From Lama guanicoe (taxonomy: Eukaryota): a DNA stretch of 64,000 bases. Numbering within the stretch: the first letter of the stretch is position 1; every line of letters starts with the position of its first letter. The stretch covers positions 7,957,957-8,021,956 of the forward strand of contig MU053881.1 in NCBI GenBank assembly GCA_013239625.1. Direction: 5' to 3'. The notes below the pieces were generated by a model. That model was not told the DNA's origin, ran no database searches, and saw only the letters and a list, made by a program, of their open reading frames with translations. Made by a program: the position numbers and the translations under genes. Positions 1-12,095 of this stretch are shown in pieces.

Positions 1-1250
1 GACTGGGCTGGAGCCATTTCTGAATTCACCTCTTTCCTTCCTTGAGTGACCTTGCAAGATTCCAGATGGAGTCAAGATAATTCTTTTTTAACTCCCTCTG
101 TTAACGTTACTGATGACAGATCTGTGTTCAGAGAAGTCCCTGCTAAGCCTCCTTCTCTGGCTTTGGCCCCTCGAGACAAGGGCCTGCATTCGGAAACTTC
201 CGACACTTTGCTCTGACTCCCACTCCCCTTCACACCTCTTCTCTAAAAAAGTGCCAGCCTCAATCACGACGCACAGTGACCTGATGAGAAGTCGTCTAAT
301 TTCACAAATTGTCTTCTAATTCGGTGAGATCTGGCAGTGTCTGGGGACGTCGGGAGTCACTGTGTCGCTCTGTGACACTGCGGCCATGTGAGGATGCCGT
401 ACCCTAGGTAGGAGTTGCTCAAGGCTGAAACCTCTGTCTTGGGTTCATGTCTTGTCTTTGTCTCTATTTTGTCTGCCCGTCCGCCCCATTACTCCGCCTC
501 CCTTTAAAGACGAGCAGGGGGTGGTTTATTCTGGGCTGCTGTCAGTTGGCTCCTGGAGGACGTGGTGCCTGTGACAGCTTGGGCAAGGCACGGAGCCCAG
601 GCTGTTGGTGTCACACTCCGTTCCCAGCGACAAACACTGCTGCTCGCCTCCCTGTCCAAATGTGATAACACGTATGTTCTCCCAGTTCTCTGCTGTTGCT
701 CTGGAAACTGAAGCAGCAGCATGATCTAGAGCAGGATCATGAACTAGTCAACCCGAAAAGTCTCGCAAGCCACGCTGGCAGCTTCCGGCAGGAAACGTGT
801 CTCCACTCCCACTGCCCAGTGAGGGGTTTTAGACCAATAACTTCCTCTCCCCAGTGGAAAAGGTTTGCTTCTTGAAATTAGAGCTTGTGTGTCTGCCCAC
901 AGCTCACGTTGGGGGCGGTGTAGTTAATTGGGAAAGCAGTCAAACTGGAGAATCTCCACCGAGTCCCAGCCCTGCTGCTTACTAGACAAGGCTCACAGGC
1001 AGCGCTCGGAAAATACAAGCTGTTACCCTATCTCTTCAAACGCTCCTCCACTCCCTCCCCGGGGTGGACTGGCCATCCCGGACACTCCTGATGCTAAGTC
1101 CCAGGGCTGCGTCCACACCCAGGGCCCTGCTCGGAGCTTACCTGCTCGATGACTCGTCACGTTCTTCGCCTTTCTGATCCTCCTATTGGTTGTTCGTAAA
1201 AGGAGAATAATTGTGCCTACCTCAGATCTGGGTGTTTCTTTTTTAAAGGC

Positions 1251-1377
1251 TTGTTTTGTTTTTGTTTGGGGGGTTGTAATTAGGTTTATTTATTTTTTTT
1301 AATGGAGATACTGAGGATTGAACCCAGGACTTCATGCATGCAAAGTTCGCACTCTTCCACTAAGTTATACCTTCCCC
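1251..1377 (-). mobile_element. tRNA-derived SINE (camelid Vic-1-like), inserted into a MIR
   Basis: The reverse complement reads GGGGAAGGTATAACTTAGTGGAAGAGTGCG...GTCCTGGGTTCAATCCTCAGTATCTCCATT-A-rich-AATAAACCTAATTAC, with Pol III A/B-box-like motifs, and is homologous to the copies at 22.7 and 38.6 kb. MIR core halves lie at ~1195-1225 and ~1388-1450. Confidence 0.85.
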
Positions 1378-3504
1378 GCTGAAGCTGGTTTTGGAGGATG
1401 AATAAAATAGCGTGCATAAGGTCCACGGCTCGGGCCACACCCGGCATGACCTGCTGCTGGCAGAATCAGATTCCCCAACTTTTGGATATAACTGCTTCCT
1501 CAGGGAGAGAAAGGCCTTTCCCTTTGCCTCAGTTGAGTTCTTCACCCCTTTCTGAAGGTGCACCTGCCCTTACGATACTTGCTCCCATCTGTCTGAAGAG
1601 ATGGGCAAAGCGCAGGTAGAAAACTCAACCTCTGACCCCTCTACTCACACATTCTCACACCCACCCAAGCGTTATACCTTCAGTATGGTGGGGGGAGCCC
1701 GAGGGTTTGGGGCAAAGAAGAAGGAAGGGCGGGGCTTATAGAAGACCGCAGTGAAAGCAGGGAGCAGGGTACGCAGAGAAGAGATGACAGAGGGTAGAAA
1801 TAGGAGAGGATGGAGGGAGAGAGGGAGAGAGAGCTCTCCCAGTGAGCGTGGACTAGGTTCACACCTTCGGGGAGAGTTTATCGTAGCCTCTTCTCAATGC
1901 CAGCCGCCTGCAGCTAGAGGTCTAGAGCCATCTCTAAAGCCAGAGGATAAGGGTCTTTGAAAATCTTTACTCTTATCATCATTCATCTTTAAATGAAAAT
2001 TCCATCCCCCTCCCCCCACTTTTTTTTCTAACAAAGAACAAACCACTTTTCACAGTAATGGAGGAAATGAAACCCCAAACCCACCGTGCAGAGGTGGTCC
2101 TCGCTCTGGACACCAGCACAGTGCCTCACGGAAGAGCTCACACCCGGTCCGGGCTCTCAGGGTCCCCGGCAGCCTGTTCTCTGCATCTGGACATTTGTGC
2201 AACTCCTCCCCAAACGATGGGCGTCCAGAGGGCTAAAAATGTGGCTGGTGTGACAGCACGTGACCAGATTAAGAAAAAATTCAGAAACACATGGGAGGCG
2301 CGCATGCCTCGATAGCGGAAGTTAGAGCTCCCGTTTCTGACGGTGCTTTCTTACGTGCAGAGAACATCACTTTAGCGTGGGCGTCACTAGAATTACGAGC
2401 GTATGAACAGTTCAGCGCCTTTCCCCAAAAGGTGACACGTTGTTCGCTGGCCACCTGCTCACCTTTGGCTCGTTTGCTTGTGGAACACAGCAGAGCTTTA
2501 AGCCTGGACGAGGTGTGTTCTCTCTTGGTGCGCGGCTGTGTGGAAGCTCAGAGCACACACACTGTTGTTCCCTTGGTGTCGTGGCTCTCACTCCTCTCTG
2601 GGGGGTGTCAGGACACACGCTGGAGAATTGTCACCTCTGCACACCCAGCATTTCATCTAAAACAGTGAGGAGCCTGAAATCAGCCCCTCTATCTGCCTGT
2701 TACCCCAAATCTCATTACATCCAACGGGAAGCCTTTAGGTACAAGAAACAGAGATCGCTGACTCACGTAACTTCTCAACCTTTCATTGTTCTCCGCAAAC
2801 ATGAGAAATACACGGTAGGTATAAGCTCAGTCTGCAAACATCAGTATATATAACATTTTCTCATTCATGTTCACTTCCCACTTTTCCACAAAAGCTAAAT
2901 CCCAGGCATTCTGGGTCCCTCCGCTCCCTTTGCAGGGGCTATGTCCAAGTCCCAGGGTGTTTAAATGGTGCCCACCCAGCACAAGGAAGGAGGTGATGGG
3001 CATCTAGTTCATGGAACTTATGTCTCTCTCCCTTGGATCCAATGAGACAACCCCTTCTCACTCAACTCGCTTCTCCCCTGTAATTCTCCAGGGCACAGGA
3101 AGCTATTCTGCTTCCCTGCCCCTTGGAGGCTCTGGAAAACTCTTGAAGGCTGTCTTTCAGGCAGTGTTGCCTGTCGCCACCATGAATCCATCACTCATCC
3201 AGTGCTGCTGCACCAGGACAGAGCCAAGGGAACTCTGAGAGTCCTTGCCGCCTCCCCTGCCTCCACCTGCTAGAGGGGTGGTGTCTGCTCGGACCTCAGC
3301 TTCTGTCCCCTTCAGCCCACCCAATTCCAGTCCTGGTCCTTGGCAGAGAGAGGTCAAGAAAGGAATCGCTCACCAAGTACCTGTCTGTGTCTCAGCTCCC
3401 TTCACCATCCTTTTAATATTTTCCCCTAGTGGAGAAATTTTTGGAGGAAGGAGGTTACTAATTCTGACTAATCAGGAATACCCTGAGTACCCGCAGGGTT
3501 TAGA

Positions 3505-3662
3505 TCAGCACTGTCCAACAGAACGTTGTGATGACAGAAATTTCATGATGGTAGCCACAGCTGCACGTGACTCACGTGATCAATGGACTGAACATTTAAT
3601 TTTAATTGACGTAAACTCAAGTAGCCACCTGTGGCTAGTGGCCACCCTACCGAACAGCACAG
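3505..3662 (+). mobile_element. MER3-like hAT-Charlie MITE
   Basis: Ends CAGCACTGTCCAACAGAAC and TAGCCACCTGTGGCTAGTGGCCACCCTACCGAACAGCACAG resemble the recalled MER3 consensus. Confidence 0.75.
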
Positions 3663-4454
3663 GTGTAAATTTTGCAAACTTATCAGCCAAGGATTTATGT
3701 CTTTGTTCGCTATGGTTGTGCTGTCTACTTGCGCACAAGAAATTGTTCACGGATTGGAGGGTGCAGCATGGAACACATCAGTTACCACTTCAAAATACTA
3801 TTTCCACATCAATAAATAAAAAGCCGTGTTGGGCTGGTGGGATCAGTGGGCAGCCCAGAATCATTTATCCCTTAAACATTGCAGAAGATACTAAGGCACC
3901 TCTGAAGGCTAAGATGGGTTCCTGCAACTTGCTTTGGAAACCACTGAGCTAGTTATATCTAAAATCCTGTCTGACAGTCTAAGACGCAGACGTATAAATG
4001 AGGAAGTCATGGCTTCGAAGGGGTGGTGACTTGTCTTAAGCCTCACAGCGAATTTTTGTGAGAAAAATCTGCCATACCTTACCTTATTCAAAACTCTTTC
4101 TCTTATACTTTGTATCTTTCTGTAGGATTCTAACTTTGATGCTAGACTGTTCCATCTCCCCCCCAAGAAATAAATATTTCCTGGAGAAAGGCACTGTCTG
4201 TGGCAGGGCATCTACCAGTCAGCAATGGGGAGGACCAGCTCTTTACGCTGGCATTGTAGGATGGGAGTAGACACCTTGGACAAAACTGGTTCCCACAGCC
4301 GCCGCCCTCTCTGCTTCTCCTCCATCCTTCTCGTTCTCTTGGACACAAGTACCAGTCCCTACACTTGCCATGCATGCTTTTGGAGAAGCTAAGGACTTTA
4401 TGAGTAAGGAAAACGCCTCACTCCTTCTCCAGCTTTTCGCAAGGAAGGAGGCTC

Positions 4455-4862
4455 TGTATATAAAGTCAGTTAAATTGAGCTGCTGCAACAAATGGATTTA
4501 ACATAATATATAATGACTCGAACCGACTGAGGCTTATTTCTCTCTTATATAAAGTTCAAAATGGCTTTTCCTGGTGAGCGAGTGCTTTGTCTCTAAGTAA
4601 TAACTAAGAGAGCCAGACTCCCTTAGGAGGCTCTGCCACCTTCAGCGGGAAGCATCCTAGGTTCCAGGCTGGGTTTGTCTGCAGCGTGGAGGACCGATTC
4701 TGGGAGATGTTACGGGCCAGGCCAGGCTCAGAGTTTCGTCTCACATCTTCTCACCAGAACTCAGTCACATGACCATGCCTAACGGCAAGGGAGGCTGGGA
4801 AATGTAATCTAGATCTGCGCCCAGGAAGACAAGGAAAGGGGTCTGTTGAACAACTGCCACCC
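4455..4862. mobile_element. MaLR solo LTR (MLT1J/K/L-like)
   Basis: Characteristic block CCAGAACTCAGTCACATGACCATGCCTAACGGCAAGGGAGGCTGGGAAATGTAATCT, plus TTATTTCTCTCT near the other end. Confidence 0.7.
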
Positions 4863-4870
4863 TTCTAAGC

Positions 4871-5086
4871 CGGCATTTGGCAAACGTTCTCTGCAAAAGG
4901 CCAGATAGTAAATATTTCAGGCTTTACAGGCCGTGCTATCTCTGTTGCAAATACTCACCTCTGCCATTGCAGTATGCAAGTAGCCAGAAACAGTATGTAA
5001 ACAAAATGGCATTATGGTGCTCCAACTCTTTTACAAAAACAGGCTGGGCCAGACTTAGCCTGAGGACTACAGTTTGCCAACCTCTG
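4871..5086 (+). mobile_element. MER58A-like hAT-Charlie MITE
   Basis: GGCAAAC...AAGGCCAGATAGTAAATATTTCAGGCTTTACAGGCC...TTTACAAAAACAGG...AGTTTGCCAACCTCTG; homologous to the copy at 61.05 kb. Confidence 0.85.
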
Positions 5087-5319
5087 TTCTAGACCAGGTA
5101 AAGTATTTGTTCCCAAGCAAAACACAGAACAGGAACATTTTAGACTATTTGCAAAGAACTAAAAAAAGTATGAGTATTTTGTCTGAGTGCTGGAGGCAGC
5201 AAAAGAAAGTGGATCAAGAAGATATAAAAGGAGTCAGATGACTTATTTAATCTTTTACTGAAGAGAAATGTCTTCAGCTGTGCTTTGAAGGCAAGGAGGG
5301 TTAGCTACGAAGAGGAAGT

Positions 5320-5460
5320 TTATTAAAAATACAGATTTCCAGATTCCACCCTCAGTATCCGCGGGTTGCGTCCCCGGAAGTCTGCATTTTCGACACGCTT
5401 CCCCAGCTGGTTTTAAACAAATGGTAGAGGTGGTGGGTGATCACAATTTGAGAAGCACCA
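5320..5460. mobile_element. MER5-like hAT-Charlie fragment
   Basis: AAAATACAGATTTCCAG...CTGCATTTT...TTTGAGAAGCAC pattern typical of MER5A/B. Confidence 0.55.
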
Positions 5461-5504
5461 CCAAGCCATGAGTTTTTCTGACTCTCATGGATGTAACCAG
5501 CTAT

Positions 5505-5745
5505 GAGCCTTCAAGATTTGCAGATACTAACTAATATGTATATAAAATAGATAAACAACAAGTTCATACTGTATAGCACAGGGAACTATATTCAATATCT
5601 TGTACTAACTTACGGTGAAAAAGAATGTGAAAACGAATATAAGTATGTTCGTGTATGACTGAAACATGCTGTACACCAGAAATTGACACAGCATTGTAAA
5701 CTACCTATACTTGAATAATATATATCATACATACAAAAAAAAAAA
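5505..5745 (+). mobile_element. 5'-truncated LINE-1 3' UTR with poly(A) tail (lineage-specific)
   Basis: TATATAAAATAGATAAACAACAAG...TGTATAGCACAGGGAACTATATTCAATATCTTGTA...GCTGTACACCAGAAATTGACACAGCATTGTAAA followed by an A-tail; the motif is shared with the other L1 tails in the window. Confidence 0.85.
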
Positions 5746-6989
5746 GGAGTACCTGAGAAATAAGATGCAGGGTTTGCACGATCCACTGACCTACGTAAGC
5801 CTAAGTTTTCTTTTTCCTCCAAGGAAGCTCTCAGAATGCAAGGTAATGGGAGTGATCTGATGGGTCTTTCTAATTTTAAGTGTGTTCACTTGCGACTCTT
5901 TTTAGTAACGAATTGTGCTCAGCACAACCCACAGTTAGATGAGGAGCAAGGAGCAGAGTCAAGACTTCAAACCAGACAACTGGCAGGCAGTCCGACTTCC
6001 TCTAGGCATCCCACCCATTGCTTCCCTCCCCTGGAAGACAGCAGCCCCCAGATCTGAGAAGGGACGGTGTGTGTGCGGCTGTGGGGAATGAGGTGACCTC
6101 GCTGGGTGACGCTGACTCCTGATGCCCCGTCACTTCTCTTCCCCTCCCCACGATGCGGCTCAGAGTTGTCTGAAACAGGTATCCCTGCCACCTGCTTCCC
6201 CTCCTTGGTCTGGGAGAGTCGTGCATGGCTGGGTGTCAACGCCTGGTGCTCCTGAGCACCCCAACAGAGAGAGGTAAAAATGCACTCCAGGTGACCTTGA
6301 GAAAGTCACCGCAGAGTGCCCAGGGAAGGGAGTCCCGTAAGGCCAGCCCGCCTGTTCACGCTCGCCTGTGCGAGCCCCTTGTTTTCCCCTGGACTCAGAC
6401 AGTCGCCTGCCTGCCATCAGAGTGAGCAGGGATGTTTTTGATTCCTTTACGGACAGTGCTGCAAAGAACTGAGGAGTGAAGAGCAAATCAATACATGCAT
6501 TTCCACAGTTCACCACCCAACTCAGAGATAAGGGGGAGAAAAGATGAATTACTCTCTGATTTCTTTCTCTAGGAGAGGATGACAGTCCTACGCTCAGGTC
6601 TGATATCTGGGCATTGGAATTTGCCCTTAGCTGAACTTTCTCCCGATCCCTCGTAGGTAAGACCCGGCAGCCCCCTCTCGGCTGTCTGTCTGCAGGCAGG
6701 GGTGGCCGGAGCCGAGCCCTGTGCTTCATTCAGCTCAGCAGCTCGGGCGGGATGGTGCTCAGGCAGATGAGCAACCCATCTTTCTGGAGAAGAAGGCAGC
6801 TTTATGTTTACTTCAGTGCCCTTTCTGGCAGCTCTCGATGAGTTTGGTCAAACGTATACATCCAGAAAATCCAAGATCAAAGGCTCCTCGCATTGCTTCA
6901 TGCCCCTAATGCAGACAGGGGACAGCCCGCCCAGCGACTTCAGTGTTCATAGCGATCACCTTGGGAGCTCGTGGGTTACAGGGTACCCC

Positions 6990-7085
6990 CTCCCCGAGGT
7001 TCTGACTCAGGAGGCTGGGGTGGGGCCTGAGAACCTGCGTGTGCAGAAGCTTTCCAGGTGATTCTGATACAGCTGGTGTAAATGA
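6990..7085. mobile_element. MER5A-like fragment
   Basis: TTCTGACTCAGGAGGCTGGGGTGGGGCCTGAGAACCTGC...CCAGGTGATTCTGATACAGCTGG. Confidence 0.65.
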
Positions 7086-7211
7086 CGCAGGTCGTGCTGG
7101 GACAAGTGGTGGGGATACGGTACATACGGGGTTCAGAGGAGGGGGTGGTTGTTTGTGGAAGCGTTGTGGGTAGAACCATAACCTCACTCTGCAGTGAACT
7201 CTATATCAATC

Positions 7212-7529
7212 TTTTTTTTCCTTCCGAATTTTTTTCTAATTGAAGTTCGGTCGATTTACAATGTTGTGTCAATTTCTGGTGTACAGCGTAATGTTACAGT
7301 CATACATGTACATACATATGTACATTCCTTTTCATTTTCTTTTTTCATTTTACGTTACTACGAGATATTGAAAATAGTTCCCTGTGCTATACACAACACA
7401 AGTTCCCTTGTTGTTTATTTTACATATAGTAGTAGTTAAGGATCTGCAAATCTCGAGCTCCCAATTTATCCCTTCCCACCTCCTTTCCCCCCAGGAAACC
7501 ATAAGTTTGTTTTCTGTGTCTGTGAGTCT
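7212..7529 (-). mobile_element. 5'-truncated LINE-1 3' UTR
   Basis: T-rich tail, then TTTACAATGTTGTGTCAATTTCTGGTGTACAG...ATAGTTCCCTGTGCTATAC...AACCATAAGTTTGTTTTCTGTGTCTGTGAGTCTG. Confidence 0.85.
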
Positions 7530-7732
7530 GTGAAATCTAGCAGTCTTATCGGTCTTGCATTCAGGAAGGACTTGGCTTTGTCCAACTGGAATTTTCCTCC
7601 AGCTTAAGCCCATTTTCCTTTTTCTTTGATCCTCAGTGACTCCAGATTAATTTTCCAACTTCTCCTCACAGAAGCAAGTAAACTCAAGTAAAACTTTGGA
7701 GCTGCTTAAAGGTACTAAGCCACTCCTTGGGG

Positions 7733-7810
7733 TTTTCTTTTCTTTTCTTTTCTTTTCTTTTCTTTTCTTTTCTTTTCTTTTCTTTTCTTTTCTTTCTTTT
7801 CTTTTCTTTC
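7733..7810. repeat. (TTTTC)n microsatellite
   Basis: Directly visible pentanucleotide run of ~78 bp, pure pyrimidine on the + strand. Confidence 0.97.
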
Positions 7811-8659
7811 CTTATCGACAAAATTCCTTGAGGACTTCCTCACAGGACGGATCATCCATGCGAACATGCCACCCTTCCTAGAGCTCCCATTGCAACACTC
7901 TTCTTGGAGGTCAACGGGAAGTTGGCCCCCGTGCAGTACAGAAGCATTCAGCTGACTCTGAGGAGCTGGCTGCCGAAGGTGTGCGGTTTGGCCTGCCCTT
8001 CCCAGCCCTGCTGCAAGCAAAGGCTGGCGTGAGTCTTAGGCATGTTCCCCAAGCTGCCAAGGTGGCTGCTTTCCTTTCCTTAAAAGCTTCCTTTGGTGAG
8101 TCTCCAGCATTGCCAGGTCTGTGCCTTTCCAGCCCCACTCCACGCCGTTGCTCTTCTTGGCTCTCCCCTGACTTTTCTGTGCTGGGGCTCCCCCGGGCCT
8201 GATGTAAGCTGGCTCATTAGGAAAGAGCAGAAGGGAAAGTCCCCAAAGAGTCTGGAATTGGGGCTGGGGGAGGAGGGATCGCAGCTGATGTCTGAAGCAG
8301 CTGATCTACCTCAAAGTGAGGTCCACAGGCATCTCTAACTCGAATTAAGCCTGGACTGTATACACTGCAGACGTGTACGACGTTCTCGGGCGAAATTATG
8401 TGAACCGCAGATCCCTGGTGATGTTTAAAAGTAGACTGCAGGACAGGTCCCACAGAAAGTGCTGGAACCTTTAAGGAAGCTGCCATGGAGCAAACTTGAG
8501 TTTAGCAGCGACAGTTTACATCACAAGGGACAACGGAGGATGGTGACAGACAGACAGAGCTGGTTCAAACCCCACATTCGCTCTGTGACCCCAGACAGGT
8601 CGCGTATGCTCTCAAGGCATTAGTGGCCTTTAGTGGAAAAATGATGCTAACGTCAGTAA

Positions 8660-8810
8660 ATAATGTTTATGGAGCATTTGGGACGTTCTCAGCATCGCAT
8701 AAAGTGCTTTATATAACTTTTAAATTGAAAAATCATACCAACTCTGTGAGGTGTATACTCTTACTTGTTCCATTTCACAGATGAAAAAATTGAGGTGCAG
8801 AGAAAGGTAG
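8660..8810 (-). mobile_element. MIR SINE
   Basis: ATGTTTATGGAGC...CCATTTCACAGATGAAAAAATTGAGGTGCAGAGA, the antisense MIR core. Confidence 0.65.
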
Positions 8811-10747
8811 AATTGGAGTGACCTACTAACATGCTCTCAACCCTGTGCTAACATCCATCTCCTCTTTTACGAGGACTGAATGAGATGTGGGCGAGGAGCT
8901 CAGCACAGCTCGCGGGACACAGTGCCCAGTATTGAGAATCACATGTGATACATATGCTTCAGTGGGTGGGCTCATCCCAAATGAAGTAATTTCTCAATTT
9001 CTAGAAACAGATGCACTTAATGAAGACGGATATTAATTATGTTTTGCTGAACTCCCACATTACTGTGCCCTCTCCTAGGAAGGCTTTCTGGATCTATAAA
9101 ATTCACCCCTCCTATAATCAGCATGATACCTTAGTTGCTAGCATTGTACGTACAAGCACTCGCTCCGTCTTGATTTCTGCAGCAGAAACGTTGCACTTCT
9201 GTGTGCACCCGTTTCTGTATTAGACCAGACTTCTTGGTGCAGTGGCTGTATTTACAGCTCTGCACCCACAGGACTCAATCAGGAGGCCCTGGCTTGCTAA
9301 CTGGCTGGTTTTTCTTAGCCATTGCTCAGCGGGAGACCTGGGGGTTTGTTTTAGAGCCTGAGAACTCAACAGTTGAATCATCATCTTGGGATATCTGCAG
9401 CTCCAAACCTTGTGAAAACAGTTGCTGATTTGCTGGCTTCCGTGGTGGGCTGTTTGAGGGTCACTGGTCCTTGTGAGGCAGATGGAAGGGACGTGCCCAA
9501 GAGGGAAGAAAGAGGAAACGCAGAAGATGAGACAGGAAAAGCAAAAGAAAGAGAAGGAAAACAGCACAGAGAGACACGATTGTCACAGAAGTGTAGAATT
9601 TTTAAATTGGAAGATTCTTGGAGTGTATCTATTCAGTGTCTTCATTTCATCAGTAACGTTAGAAAGTTCCAGAGGGGTCATTACAACAGAGTTACACAGC
9701 TACAGGTCACATGTCATTGTGGGACAATCCTGGAGGCCACTTCGCTTCTGCCTGTCTGTGCATGGGGCACACATGGGTATCACCAAACTGCCTTTTGGAA
9801 CCCCCTTGCTCACTGGCTCCTGGAACTCAGAAATCCAGACTCCCTTCGCAGAGGCCCCCACAGCATTAAACACACACCTGCAGGAGCTCTCCTACTGATC
9901 CAGGGTCACCAGGAACATGCCCTGCACCTGCCCTTGCAGGAGTGTTCTGTGCTGGACGTGGGAACAGCTGCACACAGTCACCTTGACAAGGATGGCGGGG
10001 TCGGGGGGCCAGAACTGCTTGTGTTTCATTCTTTCATAATATAGAGAAAACCGACACTGGGCCAAATATAGCAACTTGTAAAGGGTGTTGCTTTATTTTT
10101 GTTCTGTCATTGGTTTGCAGTTTATTTTTGAATGGATGTGTATCCTGCATCAATGACCAGGTTTTGCCTTCAGTCCTCCTGGAAGCTTTGTCCTGTAGCC
10201 TGCAGCCATCGCAGCCCTCTGAGGTTGCGTCTTCATCCTCCTGCAAATTCAGCTCCCCCTTCTCTGCCCAACTCCTCTTCCTTCCCTGCAGCCCTGTGTA
10301 CGGGGAACGCTATTTCCCAGCTCAGAGGAGCAAAAGCCAGCAGGCGTGTCCGCGGGAGGGAAGCTAGCTGGACGTAACTCTTGGCCGGTCCTTTTTCATT
10401 TATCTGTCTTAGGCTTCAGCCAAAGGACAGCCCTGACTATTCCTGGTCTTCCTCCTCTCCCTATGTCACCATCCTCTCTCCCCAACCCAGACTCCAGGTT
10501 TCCAGGCTCTAATCAAATTTATACTGACTTTCCACTCCATGTACCTGGGTATCCACACCATCGCCAGAAAATTCACTAAACACAGCGCGTGAGAGGAAGT
10601 ATGTATAACGTATGCTGGTAGGTGATGCTTCAGACACAATGATCTTGAATTGCTCAGTCCTGGTGAATGATGTCATAAAAAGTATGGTCAGTGCACGTGT
10701 GTGTCACAAAGCTTTGGGATGTCAAGAGTAAAAGACCATAACTGTCT

Positions 10748-10838
10748 TTCCTTCCTTCCTTCCTTCCTTCCCTCCCTCCTTCCTTCCTTCCTTCCTTCCT
10801 TCCTTCCTTCCTTCCTTCCTTCCTTCCTTCCTTCCTTC
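10748..10838. repeat. (TTCC)n / (GGAA)n microsatellite
   Basis: About 22 units, with a short CCCT-variant interruption; adjoins an antisense L2 3' end. Confidence 0.97.
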
Positions 10839-10839
10839 G

Positions 10840-11190
10840 TTAACAGAGCAGTCTCTGTGCTCCAGGCTCCACTGGCAGGCAGGCCTCTTGGTTTTGGTGT
10901 GGCACTTGATAAATCTTTACCTCTTTTCCTTCAACTACTCAATGCAAAAACCAGCACACGCTGGGCTTATAGTATGAACAAGACAGGCAGTTTCTCTTCT
11001 GATGGAGCTGACAGTCTAGGGGCAGCAACAAGAGCAAATAAGCAAATATAGAACTGAGATGCTCTGGGGTACACGGCATGAGAAAATAGGAAAGGAAAAT
11101 GTGCAGAAGAGATAAGAGGCATTCGACTTTATTATTTGGAGGTCCGGGAAGGACATTTCGGGCAGAGACCTGAGCTGAGCAGGAGGAGCC
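10840..11190 (-). mobile_element. L2 LINE 3' fragment (degenerate)
   Basis: ATGAACAAGACAG...ATGGAGCTGACAGTCTAGGGG...GGTCCGGGAAGG...GAGCTGAG, typical of antisense L2. Confidence 0.6.
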
Positions 11191-11870
11191 AGCCAAGGAG
11201 CTGCCTCGGGCTCCGGCTGCCCAGGGCTACCTGCTCAGCCTCGCTTTCATTCCAAGTGAGTCCTCACCGCAGAACGGGTGGAGGTGAGAGGTCAAGCAGC
11301 TACTCAAAGTGGAGAAACCCAATCCTGGAGAGGAGTCGGCCCTTAATAAGCATCCAGGTAGTCCTCTGAACTTTGAAAAATGAAACCTGTGGTTGGGTCT
11401 CCCTGAGCAGGGGGATCGAGTTTCGGTTTTAATCACGAAACCAAAGAGATGTCCCTACCTGTGTCCCACTTTGCTACATTTCAGCTTACCCCCTGGAAGA
11501 GGGTTTCCTGTCTCAGCTCCTGGGGGCCACGGTGTGCTTACCTCGTACAGATCCTGGCTGCTCTAAAGATACTGCCCAGCGAACTGGCGTTGGACGGGCT
11601 CCTGAAGTGGATGGAAGCAGAGGCCCCAGGTGTTGTGTGGCAAAAAGCGTGTGGGCAGGGAGGACTGGCTGCAGGGGGTGCGAGAGTTCAGGCTTGTGGG
11701 CTGCGGCTCAGATTATGATGTCACAGAAGGATGGGATAACTTTTGAGTCCAGGGGCATAAACACGTTTTTCCGTCTCCTTAGTTCCCATGCATCTGACAA
11801 AACTTCCATTATTCACAAGACGAAGCAACACCACGGGGAGATGGGCAGTGCCCGAGAAAGCTCCCGATCC

Positions 11871-12095
11871 ATAGCTGATGTTTTAGGCACATGCTGTGTG
11901 CCAGACCCTGGGGTAAGCAGTTGACATACATTATGTGGCCTCACCCTCTTAAGATGTTACACAGTCAGTCACAGTGCTGTTCCCATTTTATGGATGCAAA
12001 AAGTGAGACTCAGGTTAAGGAATGTGCCCAGGGTCGTCCGGAGAGTAGGCAAGGGCCAGGATTTATCCCGGCTCTGACTTCAGAGCCTCTTATTT
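11871..12095 (-). mobile_element. MIR SINE
   Basis: TGTGTGCCAGACCCTG...CCCATTTT...GAGACTCAGGTTAAGGAATGTGCCCAGGGTC...GGCTCTGACTTCAGAGCC. Confidence 0.7.
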
